In this document: piece after piece, positions 48,017 through 57,316 of the stretch
Layout of the letters: every line of letters starts with the position of its first letter
Position numbering within the stretch: position 1 is the stretch's first letter
Origin: an uncultured Anaerolineaceae bacterium
GTDB taxonomy: Bacteria; Chloroflexota; Anaerolineae; Anaerolineales; Anaerolineaceae
DNA: 64,000 bases
Direction: 5' to 3'
Assembly: GCA_964571135.1 (NCBI GenBank)
Contig: CAZMZW010000008.1
Location: 45,808-109,807 of the forward strand
Notes under the pieces: generated by a model
Database searches by the model: none
What the model was told of the DNA's origin: nothing
The model's input: only the letters and a program-made list of their open reading frames with translations
Program-made: the position numbers and the translations under genes

Positions 48017-49237
48017 CTATTTATCTACCAAGAGTAATTCTAATCTCTTTATTCTCTTCTGCAATTCCTGTTCGTTTTTTGTTTTTTCCTGGTTGGCTGG
48101 GAAAATAGTATCCAGCAAATGTTGAGCATTCATAGCCCATTTCATAGCCTCATCATACTTTTTTAGCCCATGTTCATAATATTTAGATATCTGAATAGCT
48201 GAGCTAAAATCCCCGTTCTGGAATGCCAAGTCCCAAAATTCAAAAGCCATTTCAGGTTGAGAGAGTCTATTACAAATCTGACCATATTTGAAAAGGATTT
48301 TTGGTGAAATATCACCTGGCACACCTCTATCGATGGATCTCTTGTATAATTTCGTTGATTCGTCTAAAAAACCATTGTTTTCAAATAACCTCGCAATGGA
48401 AAGTAAGTCAAGTCGATGTAGATCACCATTCGATCCAGGATCAGATAACATATCAGAAATATAGTTAAATATAATTGCAAGTGATAAAACATCCATACAG
48501 TTATGATAGAAAACACCTTTTAATGGTCGTGCATCTCGATTTCTTATAAAATCAAAATATATCTGAGGGACCATCCATCCAGGAACTTCCTCTTCTTCGC
48601 GAATAAAATGCAAAATTTCTGTTTCGACATCTCGTAATTTAATGGCAGGCAATCTCAGCTTCCATAGTTTTCGAGACAAATGTAAAAGATCAAGGTGTTG
48701 GAAATGTTTGAACGGAGGTTCTACGCGATTAATCAAAAACCTTGTTTTTAATAAAGGGATATCGAATGAACTACCATTATAAGAAACCAGGATTTTGAAT
48801 TTCTCTAAGATCGAATTTAGCTGAATGATTAATGCAAGTTCGTTGTTAGGATAATCCAAAAAATATTGCTTTGTTAAAAAACCTGCTTTGGTAAAATAGC
48901 CTAAACCTACCATAAATACCATCGTTCCCGTACCCCCACTTAATCCAGTTGTCTCGGTATCAATAAAAAGAATGTCTTCAAGAATAGAGGATTTGTTTTC
49001 AATTCTTGAAACATCCAATAATTTTGAAAAAGCGACCTCGCGCTTTAAAGCACCATTCCCGTGCTGATAATCGTAATTGAACGAGCTTTCTACTTCAAAT
49101 AAATCTCCAAATTGGGTGTGAAGCCATTCTCCTTTGATAATTTTATCAATAGGGTATTTATGGTTTACTTTTAATTTCAGATTTTCCTGACCAATTGTTA
49201 CCCCCAAAGCTTTTAATTTTTCGAATAAGGTCTCCAT
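48017..49237 (-). CDS. RNase H-like/DEDD exonuclease with C-terminal TPR-like region (MrfB/YprB-like)
   Basis: 406 aa. Exo motifs FIDTETTG, YNGSSFDIP and HNCMDVLS. Sits directly downstream of the DUF1998 helicase, as in B. subtilis yprA-yprB. Confidence 0.75.
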   Translation of the reverse strand: METLFEKLKALGVTIGQENLKLKVNHKYPIDKIIKGEWLHTQFGDLFEVESSFNYDYQHGNGALKREVAFSKLLDVSRIENKSSILEDILFIDTETTGLSGGTGTMVFMVGLGYFTKAGFLTKQYFLDYPNNELALIIQLNSILEKFKILVSYNGSSFDIPLLKTRFLINRVEPPFKHFQHLDLLHLSRKLWKLRLPAIKLRDVETEILHFIREEEEVPGWMVPQIYFDFIRNRDARPLKGVFYHNCMDVLSLAIIFNYISDMLSDPGSNGDLHRLDLLSIARLFENNGFLDESTKLYKRSIDRGVPGDISPKILFKYGQICNRLSQPEMAFEFWDLAFQNGDFSSAIQISKYYEHGLKKYDEAMKWAMNAQHLLDTIFPANQEKTKNEQELQKRIKRLELLLVDK

Positions 49238-49246
49238 AATATCTTC

Positions 49247-51775
49247 TTATTTTTTTAGTAATTGTAAAATCGCCAATGTTGGTTCTTTTCCGCCCACACC
49301 ATTTTCACCTGCTGGACCAACACATGAAGGGCAGCCATCAGTACAAGGGCATTGTTCGATAAGTTCATTTGCACTAGAGATCAAATCTGCTTCATGATCA
49401 AATAATGATTCAGATAATCCAATACCGCCTGGAAATTGATCATAAATAATTACACTGGGCTGCATATCCGCAAATTTCGCCTGAGGATCAGAAAATGCTC
49501 CTAAATCTTTTTCGTCGCACATTAATATCATAGGCGCAAGATGTGAAATGACATAGCCCAACCCGCTCAATCCGGACCGAATTCGCACAGTCTGTTCTGC
49601 CCGGCGATGACAATTGGGGCACAGGGTTATTAGATTATCCAATTGATTGGCTTGTTTTGCATCACTAAAGACTCTAAAAGGAATCTTGTGATGAGCGTGG
49701 TGTTCTAAACCGCTTTCTTCCATTCCACAAATTTGACAAATATAATGATCTCTTTTTCTTACTAACGTGCGAATATCATTCCAATCGGAGCCATAACTAT
49801 TTTGATCATTTTTCCACAAATTCTTTTCGCGAAGTTCTTTTACCAAAGCCGGGGATAAGGTTAACCAATATGCAATTGTGCGCAATTCTGTCGAGGGCAA
49901 CTCTAATGCTTCACTTCCTATAACCTCGCGTGAGACCCAACGTATTTTTTGAAAACCAGTTACTTTTGAAGTAACCAGTATCTCACCCAAACATTTTTGA
50001 TAATTCGGTTTCTTTTCAAACTTTAATTCATTTATCTTTTGAATATCAATTTCTTTTTTATGTTCAGTTATGTAATCCACATCGGTGATAGAAAGCTCTG
50101 CGACATGATCCACAAAATTGAGCTTATTAACCAAATAGGATACACCTTCATGCAAATATATTGCTCCAGGATGCACCATCCAATACGCACTTTCCCGGTC
50201 CACTTCTCCAATCGTTTTGCTGGTTTCATTATTCTTAACCACCAAAAGGATCGGTTGAGATGATGCGCTCCGGAGGGAAATTTGATTAGCAGGGTAGGAA
50301 TCTTTCATCCAAAGGAAACGTTTTAACCGCATGTAGGCTTCTTCAGAATTTACGAGAAATAGTAAATATTGTTTTATTTCAGTCCAAGTGATTGAGCCGA
50401 AATCGTCTCCTTCAATAAAGGGCAATTCAAAAAGCGAGCATTTTAAATGGGCTAACAAAATCACCGGGTTGTTTGGATTAATCAATGCATTTTCCGGCGA
50501 TCGTTCCAGTAAATATTCAGGATGTTTAATTATGAACTGGTCAAGAGGAGTTGAGGAAGCAATCATTAAGGCAATAGATTCACCTTTCATTCTTCCGGCG
50601 CGGCCAGACTGCTGCCTGAATGCAGTAACCGTGCCTGGATAGCCCATCATGACAATTGCATCCATACTTCCCATATCTATTCCCAATTCCAATGCATTGG
50701 TGGATACTACTGCGCGGATAGAGCCATCCCGTAATCCATTTTCTATTTGGCGACGTTCTTTGGCCAGATAACCGCTTCGATACCCATGCATTATTTCGGC
50801 ATTTTGTTCATATTGTGACTGCAGATTTTTCAGGGTTATCTCGACCGTCTTCCGGGAACGGGCAAAGAATATCGTTTGGATATGATTTTTCAGCATATCA
50901 CCAGCGATCGTAACGCTTTCCGAAATTATTCCATTCCTTAATCCAAGATCATGGTTGATGATAGGCGGATTGTAAAGAATAGTATTTCGCTTTCCATAAG
51001 CTGATCCGTCCTTCTCGATCAGAGAAACTGAATCTTCAATTAGTTTTTCAGCAAAATCTTTTGCATTTGATATGGTCGCAGAGGTCATTATGAACTGAGG
51101 ATTTGCTCCATAAAAATTGGTTATTCTTTTTAGACGTCGAATAATATTTGCCAGATGAGAACCGAACACTCCCCGGTAAATATGAATTTCATCAATGATC
51201 ACATATTTTAGATTTCTGAAAACATGTTCCCAAATCGTGTGGTGAGGCAAAATTCCCACATGTAACATATCTGGATTGGTCAGAATAATATTCGCTCGGT
51301 TGCGGATTTGATTGCGTTCATTAACTGATGTATCCCCATCATAAATGGCAGGAACAATAGGTGATACGAGACTGTCTTTCCCAGTATCAAGCCTTAACTT
51401 TGAGTTAAGTTCATGAATTTTTTTAAATTGATCAGAAGTCAGGGCTTTTGTCGGAAAAAGATAAAGTGCGGTAGTTTCTGAATTTTCAATTATTGCGTTC
51501 AATACCGGCAGATTGTAGCAATATGTTTTGCCGCTGGCAGTGCCAGTTGAGATAATTATATTTTTACCTTGACTTATTAATCGATAAGCTTCATTCTGAT
51601 GAGAATAAAGTTGTGTAATTCCAGAATTAATTAATGAATCCTTTAAAACCTTGCTCAAATTATAGGGAAAGGGCGCCATTTCTGAATCAATCGGCGCTAA
51701 AGTTACCCATTTGGTTATATTCTGAGAAAAATCAGATTCGTGAAGTTTATTGATCAGGTTATTAATATTTGACAT
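49247..51775 (-). CDS. DEAD/DEAH-box helicase with C-terminal DUF1998/MZB domain (MrfA/YprA-like) carrying an HNH insertion
   Basis: 842 aa. Walker A GTASGKT, DEIH box, QQSGRAGR, and a C-terminal CPCTDGCPSC zinc cluster. An inserted CxxC...HH...N...CxxCH module maps to about nt 49592-49759. Confidence 0.85.
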   Translation of the reverse strand: MSNINNLINKLHESDFSQNITKWVTLAPIDSEMAPFPYNLSKVLKDSLINSGITQLYSHQNEAYRLISQGKNIIISTGTASGKTYCYNLPVLNAIIENSETTALYLFPTKALTSDQFKKIHELNSKLRLDTGKDSLVSPIVPAIYDGDTSVNERNQIRNRANIILTNPDMLHVGILPHHTIWEHVFRNLKYVIIDEIHIYRGVFGSHLANIIRRLKRITNFYGANPQFIMTSATISNAKDFAEKLIEDSVSLIEKDGSAYGKRNTILYNPPIINHDLGLRNGIISESVTIAGDMLKNHIQTIFFARSRKTVEITLKNLQSQYEQNAEIMHGYRSGYLAKERRQIENGLRDGSIRAVVSTNALELGIDMGSMDAIVMMGYPGTVTAFRQQSGRAGRMKGESIALMIASSTPLDQFIIKHPEYLLERSPENALINPNNPVILLAHLKCSLFELPFIEGDDFGSITWTEIKQYLLFLVNSEEAYMRLKRFLWMKDSYPANQISLRSASSQPILLVVKNNETSKTIGEVDRESAYWMVHPGAIYLHEGVSYLVNKLNFVDHVAELSITDVDYITEHKKEIDIQKINELKFEKKPNYQKCLGEILVTSKVTGFQKIRWVSREVIGSEALELPSTELRTIAYWLTLSPALVKELREKNLWKNDQNSYGSDWNDIRTLVRKRDHYICQICGMEESGLEHHAHHKIPFRVFSDAKQANQLDNLITLCPNCHRRAEQTVRIRSGLSGLGYVISHLAPMILMCDEKDLGAFSDPQAKFADMQPSVIIYDQFPGGIGLSESLFDHEADLISSANELIEQCPCTDGCPSCVGPAGENGVGGKEPTLAILQLLKK

Positions 51776-51866
51776 TGACTTGCTTTTTTTGTTATTAATA
51801 ATATAAACTTATGCAGTTTCTATTATACGAGGATTAATAGAACAAATTAACTAACAGGAGAGTTTC

Positions 51867-53174
51867 ATGAAGAATAAAAAAGGATCTCGTTATCGTTGGT
51901 TCGTTGTTGCCGTTTTTTTCTTTTTTATGTTACTGCATCAAAGCGATAAATTATTGATCGGGCCATTAACCCCCGATATCATGAAAGAATTCCAGATCAC
52001 GAAAACCCAGATGGGGACAGTATTAACAGGTGCTCTTATTGTAGGTACAGTTCTTTATCCTGTCTGGGGATACCTATATGATCGTTACTCGCGATCTAAA
52101 TTACTCGCTTTGGCATCATTAATTTGGGGTTCAACTACCTGGATCAGTGCTCTAGCCCATACATTCCCTATTTTTCGAATAACACGTGCATCAACGGGAA
52201 TAGATGATTCTTCTTATCCAGGGTTGTTCAGCCTGATCGCTGATTATTTTGGCCCAAACATGCGCGGAAAAGTGTATGGATTACTGCAATTGACTCAACC
52301 ATTAGGGTATCTTATTGGAATGATCCTGGCATTGTTACTTTCTCCCACAATCGGTTGGCGATCAGTTTTTTTCATAACAGGTTCGCTAGGAATATTATTA
52401 ACAATAGTTATTTTCTTTGGTGTTAAAGAAATGCCCAGGGGTAAATCCGAACCTGAATTTGATGAGTTATCTGAAATTGGACAATATAAATTCTCGTGGG
52501 CACAGGCCAGGGAAGTATTCAAGAAACGAACCATGTGGTTTATTTTCCTGCAAGGATTTGTAGGCGTCATTCCATGGAATGTGATCATCTTTTGGTTTTT
52601 TACATATCTGGCGGAAGAAAGAGGTTATGACCAGGGTAGCATCTTGTCGGTGATGGCTCCTGTGATTCTTTTTCTGGCTATCAGTTACTTTATTGGAGGA
52701 GCCGCAGGTGATTGGCTCTTCAAAAAAACAAACAAGGGGCGCATTATTGTTTCCAGCGCGGGAGTGATATTGGGGGCTTTGTTCTTATTCCTGGCAATCC
52801 AAACGCCGATCGAATCTAAGACAACTTTTTTTGTTCTTATGATCTTTACCGCATTGTTTATGCCTCTTTCCTCTCCTAATGTCATCGCAACTGTATACGA
52901 TATAACCATGCCTGAAGTGCGTAGTACTGCACAAGCAGTGGAATACTTTATTGAAAATTTTGGAGCTGCTTTTGCACCATTGATCGCAGGAATAATTGCA
53001 GATGCTACTAATTTAAAAACTGCAATTCTAAGCTTGTGCATCATATCATGGGTAATTTGCTTTTTCCTGTATTTGGGTGCATTAATTTTTATAAACGGTG
53101 ATATCAATTCTTTAAGAAAACAGATGGCCGAAAGAGCTGATTTCGAAAAGATACATCAACCAATTACAAAGTAA
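51867..53174 (+). CDS. MFS transporter
   Basis: 435 aa. About 12 TM helices and an MFS loop motif (YDRYSRSK). AGGAGAG SD upstream. Confidence 0.85.
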   Translation: MKNKKGSRYRWFVVAVFFFFMLLHQSDKLLIGPLTPDIMKEFQITKTQMGTVLTGALIVGTVLYPVWGYLYDRYSRSKLLALASLIWGSTTWISALAHTFPIFRITRASTGIDDSSYPGLFSLIADYFGPNMRGKVYGLLQLTQPLGYLIGMILALLLSPTIGWRSVFFITGSLGILLTIVIFFGVKEMPRGKSEPEFDELSEIGQYKFSWAQAREVFKKRTMWFIFLQGFVGVIPWNVIIFWFFTYLAEERGYDQGSILSVMAPVILFLAISYFIGGAAGDWLFKKTNKGRIIVSSAGVILGALFLFLAIQTPIESKTTFFVLMIFTALFMPLSSPNVIATVYDITMPEVRSTAQAVEYFIENFGAAFAPLIAGIIADATNLKTAILSLCIISWVICFFLYLGALIFINGDINSLRKQMAERADFEKIHQPITK

Positions 53175-53198
53175 ATAATCCAGCTTTAACATTAAATT

Positions 53199-53237
53199 AA
53201 AACTGGATGAGAATATACATTGCTCATCCAGTTTTTT
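53199..53237. terminator. bidirectional intrinsic terminator between the MFS gene and the lipoprotein gene
   Basis: 13-bp perfect stem AAAACTGGATGAG / CTCATCCAGTTTT with an 11-nt loop. The A-run and T-run flanks give a U-tract on both strands. Confidence 0.8.
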
Positions 53238-53242
53238 ATTTC

Positions 53243-54595
53243 CTATTTATTGGAAGACCATTGCTGAACTGTATAGTTTACTTCGGAATCAGTAATGTTA
53301 ATTTTCATGCCTGACGAATTTGGATCGGCTGTAGCAATATCATCTTGTATTCCGTTTTGACCACTTAATTGAATTCGATAATTTGAATTTCTGATAAATT
53401 CAATTGGACTATAAAGAACATACATCCATTGGTTATTACCAAGATTCCATATGGGTAAAGTCTCCATCCAAACAAAAGGGTTTAATTGAAGTAAGACCAG
53501 GTTATCCTGCGGGGTATTTGCTGGAACAGTAATTTTAAATGTTAGTGCATTCTCGTTCGAATTCTTCCAGGTTGAGATAACATCCTTGATGACAAAATCT
53601 GAGGATGGAATGATAATCTTTCTATTTTTCCAAGAAAAGTCGGAGGAATGTTCTGCATTCCAAAAGCCATCACCCAGGGAATATTTATATTCCAATGGAT
53701 GACCAGCAGGTAGAGAGATCGTTAGCGAATAAGTGCCATCATCCTGATAATCCAGCAAGCGACCCTTTGATCCGGGTGAGGAAATACCCCCTTGTAAATC
53801 ATTAAATGCATTTCCAAGAGAGTTCAGATCTCCAAATAAGCGGATAGGTGCTCCAGATAAATTTTCAATCGGCGGAGTTACCTTGAATGTAATATTCACA
53901 AGTTGGGCAGGTTTCATTCCAAAATTCGCCGGGGTTACAGCATTATCTGCGATGATTGCCCTTTGTTGAAAAGGAAGGAATAATCCATCAATGTGGTAAG
54001 CAGATAAGTTATGTTCACCAGTAGGTATATTATTAATTACATACGATCCATCAGTTCCTGTAAATGTACGCATACCGGCGATAATAACCATTGCATTTGA
54101 AACAGGTTCGCTGTTAGATTCATTGAAAATGTAACCCTGCAGAGTGCCCGACTTACCCGGAAAAAGTGAATCCGACCAACCTGCAATTGAATCATTGACT
54201 TCTAATGGACCATTAACAATTACCATTCGATAACGGATTTGTTTATTTCCACTATCAAATTCAATGGAGGGTGGAGTACCGCCTTTGACGTAACGGTACT
54301 TTACCGAAAAACCGATGGTCAAGGGAAGGCGTACAGAATAATTTTGCGCATCTATAGGTTGCATTTGATAACGGGTGGGATTAAGACCTAATCCGGTTAC
54401 TTCATCTAATATCTCAATAAAAAGATCATTCTGTCCAATATTTCCATTTTGAACCGCAACTTTAAATAACACTTCGGCACGTGAATTATTTTGTTGATAT
54501 TCCTGAGTGCTGAAGGGGTTGAGAGAGCAGGATGTGAAAAATAAGGCAATTAGAGCACTAAAAATAATGGTGAATATTTTCAATTGACTTTTCAT
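53243..54595 (-). CDS. secreted (lipo)protein with CarboxypepD_reg-like and carbohydrate-binding-like beta domains
   Basis: The ATG at 54595 gives a signal peptide ending FFTSC. One segment (GTLQGYIFNE...TGTDGSYVINNIPTGEH) resembles a carboxypeptidase regulatory domain. Another (PLEYKYSLGDGFWNAE) resembles a CBM20/48-like module. Confidence 0.55.
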   Translation of the reverse strand: MKSQLKIFTIIFSALIALFFTSCSLNPFSTQEYQQNNSRAEVLFKVAVQNGNIGQNDLFIEILDEVTGLGLNPTRYQMQPIDAQNYSVRLPLTIGFSVKYRYVKGGTPPSIEFDSGNKQIRYRMVIVNGPLEVNDSIAGWSDSLFPGKSGTLQGYIFNESNSEPVSNAMVIIAGMRTFTGTDGSYVINNIPTGEHNLSAYHIDGLFLPFQQRAIIADNAVTPANFGMKPAQLVNITFKVTPPIENLSGAPIRLFGDLNSLGNAFNDLQGGISSPGSKGRLLDYQDDGTYSLTISLPAGHPLEYKYSLGDGFWNAEHSSDFSWKNRKIIIPSSDFVIKDVISTWKNSNENALTFKITVPANTPQDNLVLLQLNPFVWMETLPIWNLGNNQWMYVLYSPIEFIRNSNYRIQLSGQNGIQDDIATADPNSSGMKINITDSEVNYTVQQWSSNK

Positions 54596-54617
54596 TGAAC
54601 AGAACTCTCTAAGCAAA

Positions 54618-55058
54618 TTATTGATTTTTGTGATCTTTAAATGTGGTTTGGATTTCTGTCACCCGCGCTGCAAGACTCCCCAATACTCCGTTTACAAAAC
54701 GGGGTGTACTATCCGACCCATATACTTTTGCCAGTTCAATGGCTTCATTGATTGCGACTTTTATCGGTGTGCATTTCTCTACGGCAAATTCCCATAATGC
54801 AATACGAATGATGTTTCTATCGATGGTTGCAACCTGATCTAACGGCCAATCTGGTGCATTTTTCGCTATTATTAGATCCAGATCATGGATTATTGGAATA
54901 ATTCCCGTGATTATTTCCAAAGAAAATAATTTTAGTTTCTCTTCGAGCGGTTCATCAAAAAGACGCTGATCTATGGAAACTTCGGGAGTGTGTCCTGTCA
55001 GATCATATTCATATAGCACTTGCAAGGCTATACCGCGTGCCTTGGTTCTGGATTTCAT
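54618..55058 (-). CDS. nusB: transcription antitermination factor NusB
   Basis: 146 aa. Motifs [13 protein letters not shown] and RFVNGVLG. Confidence 0.92.
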   Translation of the reverse strand: MKSRTKARGIALQVLYEYDLTGHTPEVSIDQRLFDEPLEEKLKLFSLEIITGIIPIIHDLDLIIAKNAPDWPLDQVATIDRNIIRIALWEFAVEKCTPIKVAINEAIELAKVYGSDSTPRFVNGVLGSLAARVTEIQTTFKDHKNQ

Positions 55059-55067
55059 GAGTTGTCT

Positions 55068-55415
55068 TTATAACTCTTTGTAATCGATATCTTCAATGTG
55101 AATATTAATCGTGCCTATTTCCATACCTACCATTTCCAAAATAGCGCGTTTTATCTTTTGCTGGACTTTTCGACTCGTTTCTAATAAGTTTATATCCCGC
55201 TTCATCGTCAAATATAGATCCGCATAAACAGTGTTATTTTCTACTTCAATTTTAACTCCATTGGAATAACTGCGCCTTATTAATGAATCTACATTATGCG
55301 GTCCGGCTGCCATATGGCTTACTCCTTCCACGCTTAAAGCAGTTAATCTTACGATTGTTAATAGGACTTCAGGGTCGATTGTTGTTTTGCCTGCGAGGTA
55401 ATTCTCTTCAGTCAT
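55068..55415 (-). CDS. Asp23/Gls24 family protein
   Basis: 115 aa. Asp23-like, and located directly upstream of nusB as I recall for B. subtilis yqhY. Confidence 0.82.
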   Translation of the reverse strand: MTEENYLAGKTTIDPEVLLTIVRLTALSVEGVSHMAAGPHNVDSLIRRSYSNGVKIEVENNTVYADLYLTMKRDINLLETSRKVQQKIKRAILEMVGMEIGTINIHIEDIDYKEL

Positions 55416-55487
55416 AAGAACTCCATTTGTTTTTTAAATTATAACCCTTAAGGTTGATTCTAAATTATTTTTGATTTTTTTGGATTA

Positions 55488-56735
55488 CTAATACAACACC
55501 GTACTTGTTGCATAGGGTACTATCGCTATCGATAGGTTTTGCTTGGTATTAATCCAGGCTAAATTAATTGCATCGCTCACAGTTCGTACAGATTTTAGAT
55601 AAGTCAAATCAACGGCATGATTATCCATGCCCGATACAAGAATTATCTGATTTCTAATCCCCTGCAATGCCAATTGATACGCTTTGTGGGGCCCTACCTT
55701 AAACTCAGTCTTACTGAATTGATCAATTACTTCAAGAAATGAAGAAAAATTGCCTATGTATTCTTCAAATAATTTACTTCCCAATCCTTCCCGGCATTCT
55801 GCAACCAGAATAATAGTTCCTTTTTCTTTTGCAATAAGGCTTACATGTGTTATGGCTTTTTGGGCCTGGTAAAAATTAATGTCCTTTGGGAATCCTCCCG
55901 GTGAAGCGATTACCACATCATATTTCTTTTCAATTTTTTTCTGGCACACTTGGCGTGAAAATGGTATTCCCGCACTCATAACACCGCGTGGTGTTCCCCA
56001 CAATACATTAATGATTTCTTTTTCTGAATTCATAATTACATTCAGTGCTGCAGTGATACCGATCATATCGCCTATTTCTTCAATATCCTGGCGGAGAGGA
56101 TTGGTTGCATAATTTCCAATGAAGGACAATGGATCTAATAAAAAGGAATGGTTCTTATTTATGGTGTCCCGGCCTGCAAGGCCAATTGATGCGGATTTTG
56201 AACCACCTGAAAAACCTGCAAAATGATGCGGTTCGATATTTCCAACCACAATCTTTGTATCGAGCTCGAAGTATTTTTTATTTACATATACTGGAGTATT
56301 TCTGCTTGTTTCGCCAAGATACAACAAATTATCACTATTGTCGCAGTCATGTGAATAGATTTTATATCGGTTAATTATGGATTGAGAAAGCAGTAAACCA
56401 TATTCTTCTTTTTGGATGGGTTTATGGGTTCCTGTTGCAATAAAGAAATCGATATCCTCTTCTCCTACCCCTTTATTTCTCAGAAAATCTAATAGTGGGG
56501 GTATAAGAAAAAAGTGGGGGACAGGACGGGTCGAATCATTGATCGCTATCCCTATTTTTTTTCCCTTTTGGAAGATACTGCCATTAATTTCATCCACTGG
56601 ATGCAATAAAGCATATTGGACATTGGATTCATCGTTTACCTTGGGAGAAATTTTATTTGGAAAGATTAAATCAGCTTTTAAATCTTTAGGCAGATTAAAC
56701 TCTATTTTTGTTTTACCGTAAGGAATAATATACAT
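55488..56735 (-). CDS. LarA-like (DUF2088) nickel-pincer-cofactor-dependent racemase/epimerase family protein
   Basis: 415 aa. LarA N-terminal domain features (INDSTRP, ATGTHKP) and a C-terminal LarA-like half. Confidence 0.78.
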   Translation of the reverse strand: MYIIPYGKTKIEFNLPKDLKADLIFPNKISPKVNDESNVQYALLHPVDEINGSIFQKGKKIGIAINDSTRPVPHFFLIPPLLDFLRNKGVGEEDIDFFIATGTHKPIQKEEYGLLLSQSIINRYKIYSHDCDNSDNLLYLGETSRNTPVYVNKKYFELDTKIVVGNIEPHHFAGFSGGSKSASIGLAGRDTINKNHSFLLDPLSFIGNYATNPLRQDIEEIGDMIGITAALNVIMNSEKEIINVLWGTPRGVMSAGIPFSRQVCQKKIEKKYDVVIASPGGFPKDINFYQAQKAITHVSLIAKEKGTIILVAECREGLGSKLFEEYIGNFSSFLEVIDQFSKTEFKVGPHKAYQLALQGIRNQIILVSGMDNHAVDLTYLKSVRTVSDAINLAWINTKQNLSIAIVPYATSTVLY

Positions 56736-57316
56736 ATCTTTAAATTAAGTTCAATTGCGCATAGCTATTGTTTTTCAAAAAATACATGCCCGCCACAAGT
56801 ATATTATGGTGTTAATATAATTTTCTATTTAAATGCTTCTCTGGCATGGTTCTTATACAAGCAATTTATACCCGAAGATGGCTTTAGAATGGAGATTATT
56901 TTCTCTCGAATCATCAGAAAAGAGTGTTTCTAAAGTTAAACCACCATATTAGTTTGCTTTCTCGATGCTGCAAATGAACCAAAAGAATTTTCATCCTTAT
57001 CTATCTTAAGATGGTATCTTTAATAATGACTTTTATTGAAGAAAGAATATATAGAGAATTGCCTTTTAATCGGTATTAATTATTAATTTAAAATCATTAT
57101 TAGCATCAAGTATTTGTTTCATTTCTACCTTGGAGCAGGGGAGGAAACTATCTTAATAATATAAACCATAAATCATATTTTTCCTCGTTAAAATATTGAT
57201 TTTCTTTTTAACATTAATATAATTATAATTTGGTTGAGGAATTTATAGGTTAGTGGTAAAATACTAATATAGGTTTCGATAAGTACTATTATCGTAAGCA
57301 TAGATAAGATCAATAT

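Noticed and set aside
56791-56818. Possible dif / Xer recombination site (GTATATTATGGTGTTAAT) near the recombinase gene
   Set aside because: Only the central GTATAT-TATG part resembles the dif consensus. The XerC-arm ATAAT and the XerD-arm GTTAAAT-type sequence are not matched, and the arms are not inverted repeats of each other.
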